Assembly (NCBI RefSeq): GCF_004010195.1
Contig: NC_057760.1
Coordinates: forward strand, 4,262,446-4,326,232
Origin: Chiloscyllium plagiosum
Taxonomy: Eukaryota
Length of the DNA: 63,787 bases
Direction of reading: 5' to 3'
Part shown: piece by piece, positions 63,341-63,787 of the stretch
Position numbering within the stretch: the stretch's first letter is position 1
How the letters are laid out: each line of letters begins with the position of its first letter
Translations under genes and position numbers: made by a program
Notes under the pieces: model-generated
What the model saw: the letters and a program-made list of their open reading frames with translations, nothing else
What the model was told of the DNA's origin: nothing
The model's database searches: none

Positions 63341-63787
63341 TCACCACCAGGGATATATTTCCCTCCCCTCCCCTATCAGCGTTCTGAAAAGACCACTCCC
63401 TCCGTGACTCCCTCGTCAGGTCCACACCCCCCACCAACCGAACCTCCACTCCCGGCACCTTCCCCTGCAACCGCAAGAAATGCAAAACTTACGCCCACAC
63501 CTCCCCCCCTTACTTCCCTCCAAGGCCCCAAGGGATCCTTCCATATCTGCCACAAATTTACCTGCACCTCCACACACAGCATTTATTGCATCCGCTGCAC
63601 CCGATGTGGCCTCCTCTATATTGGGGAGACAGGCCGCCTACTTCCGGAACGTTTCAGAGAACACCTCTGGGACACCCAGACCAACCAACCCAACCACCCC
63701 GTGGCTCAACACTTCAACTCCCCCTCCCACTCCACCAAGGACATGCAGGTCCTTGGACTCCTCCACCGCCAGACCATAGCAACACGA
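63341..63787 (+). mobile_element. Penelope-like element GIY-YIG region (runs off the window)
   Basis: SIYCIRCTRCGLLYIGETGRLLPERFREHL; same family as 35635-36872. Confidence 0.85.

Noticed and set aside
60254..63787. JAG exon 5 equivalent and DSL exons
   Set aside because: Not found by eye; presumed to lie beyond the window end.

Overview
Eukaryotic, repeat-dominated DNA with four N-gaps. The repeat complement (HE1-type SINEs, CR1/HER1-type LINEs, Penelope-like elements, Rex1/Babar-like LINEs) points to a cartilaginous fish (shark); this is an inference. Two host genes lie on the minus strand. (1) An intact two-exon GPR139/GPR142-like class A GPCR (6077-6008 + 5532-4604, 332 aa, with a TATA box). 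(2) The 3' part of a Jagged/Serrate-type Notch ligand, six exons read by hand (60253-60123, 45440-45321, 22229-22183, 16803-16642, 15647-15497, 12100-11745); its 5' end lies beyond the window. The exons correspond in sequence and phase, and mostly in size, to JAG1 exons 6, 7, 11, 12, 13 and the last exon. Equivalents of exons 8-10 (EGF4-6) and 14-25 (most of EGF10-16 and the Cys-rich domain) were not found. The predicted product is a 'mini-Jagged' with about 6 EGF repeats joined directly to the TM segment, which is the main finding. The introns also hold a decayed Gmr1-type Gypsy element (integrase before RT), Penelope ends with minimal hammerhead-ribozyme motifs and nested insertions with target-site duplications (TSDs). 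A degenerate interstitial telomeric array lies between the two genes. JAG1 comparisons are from memory and repeat boundaries are approximate.
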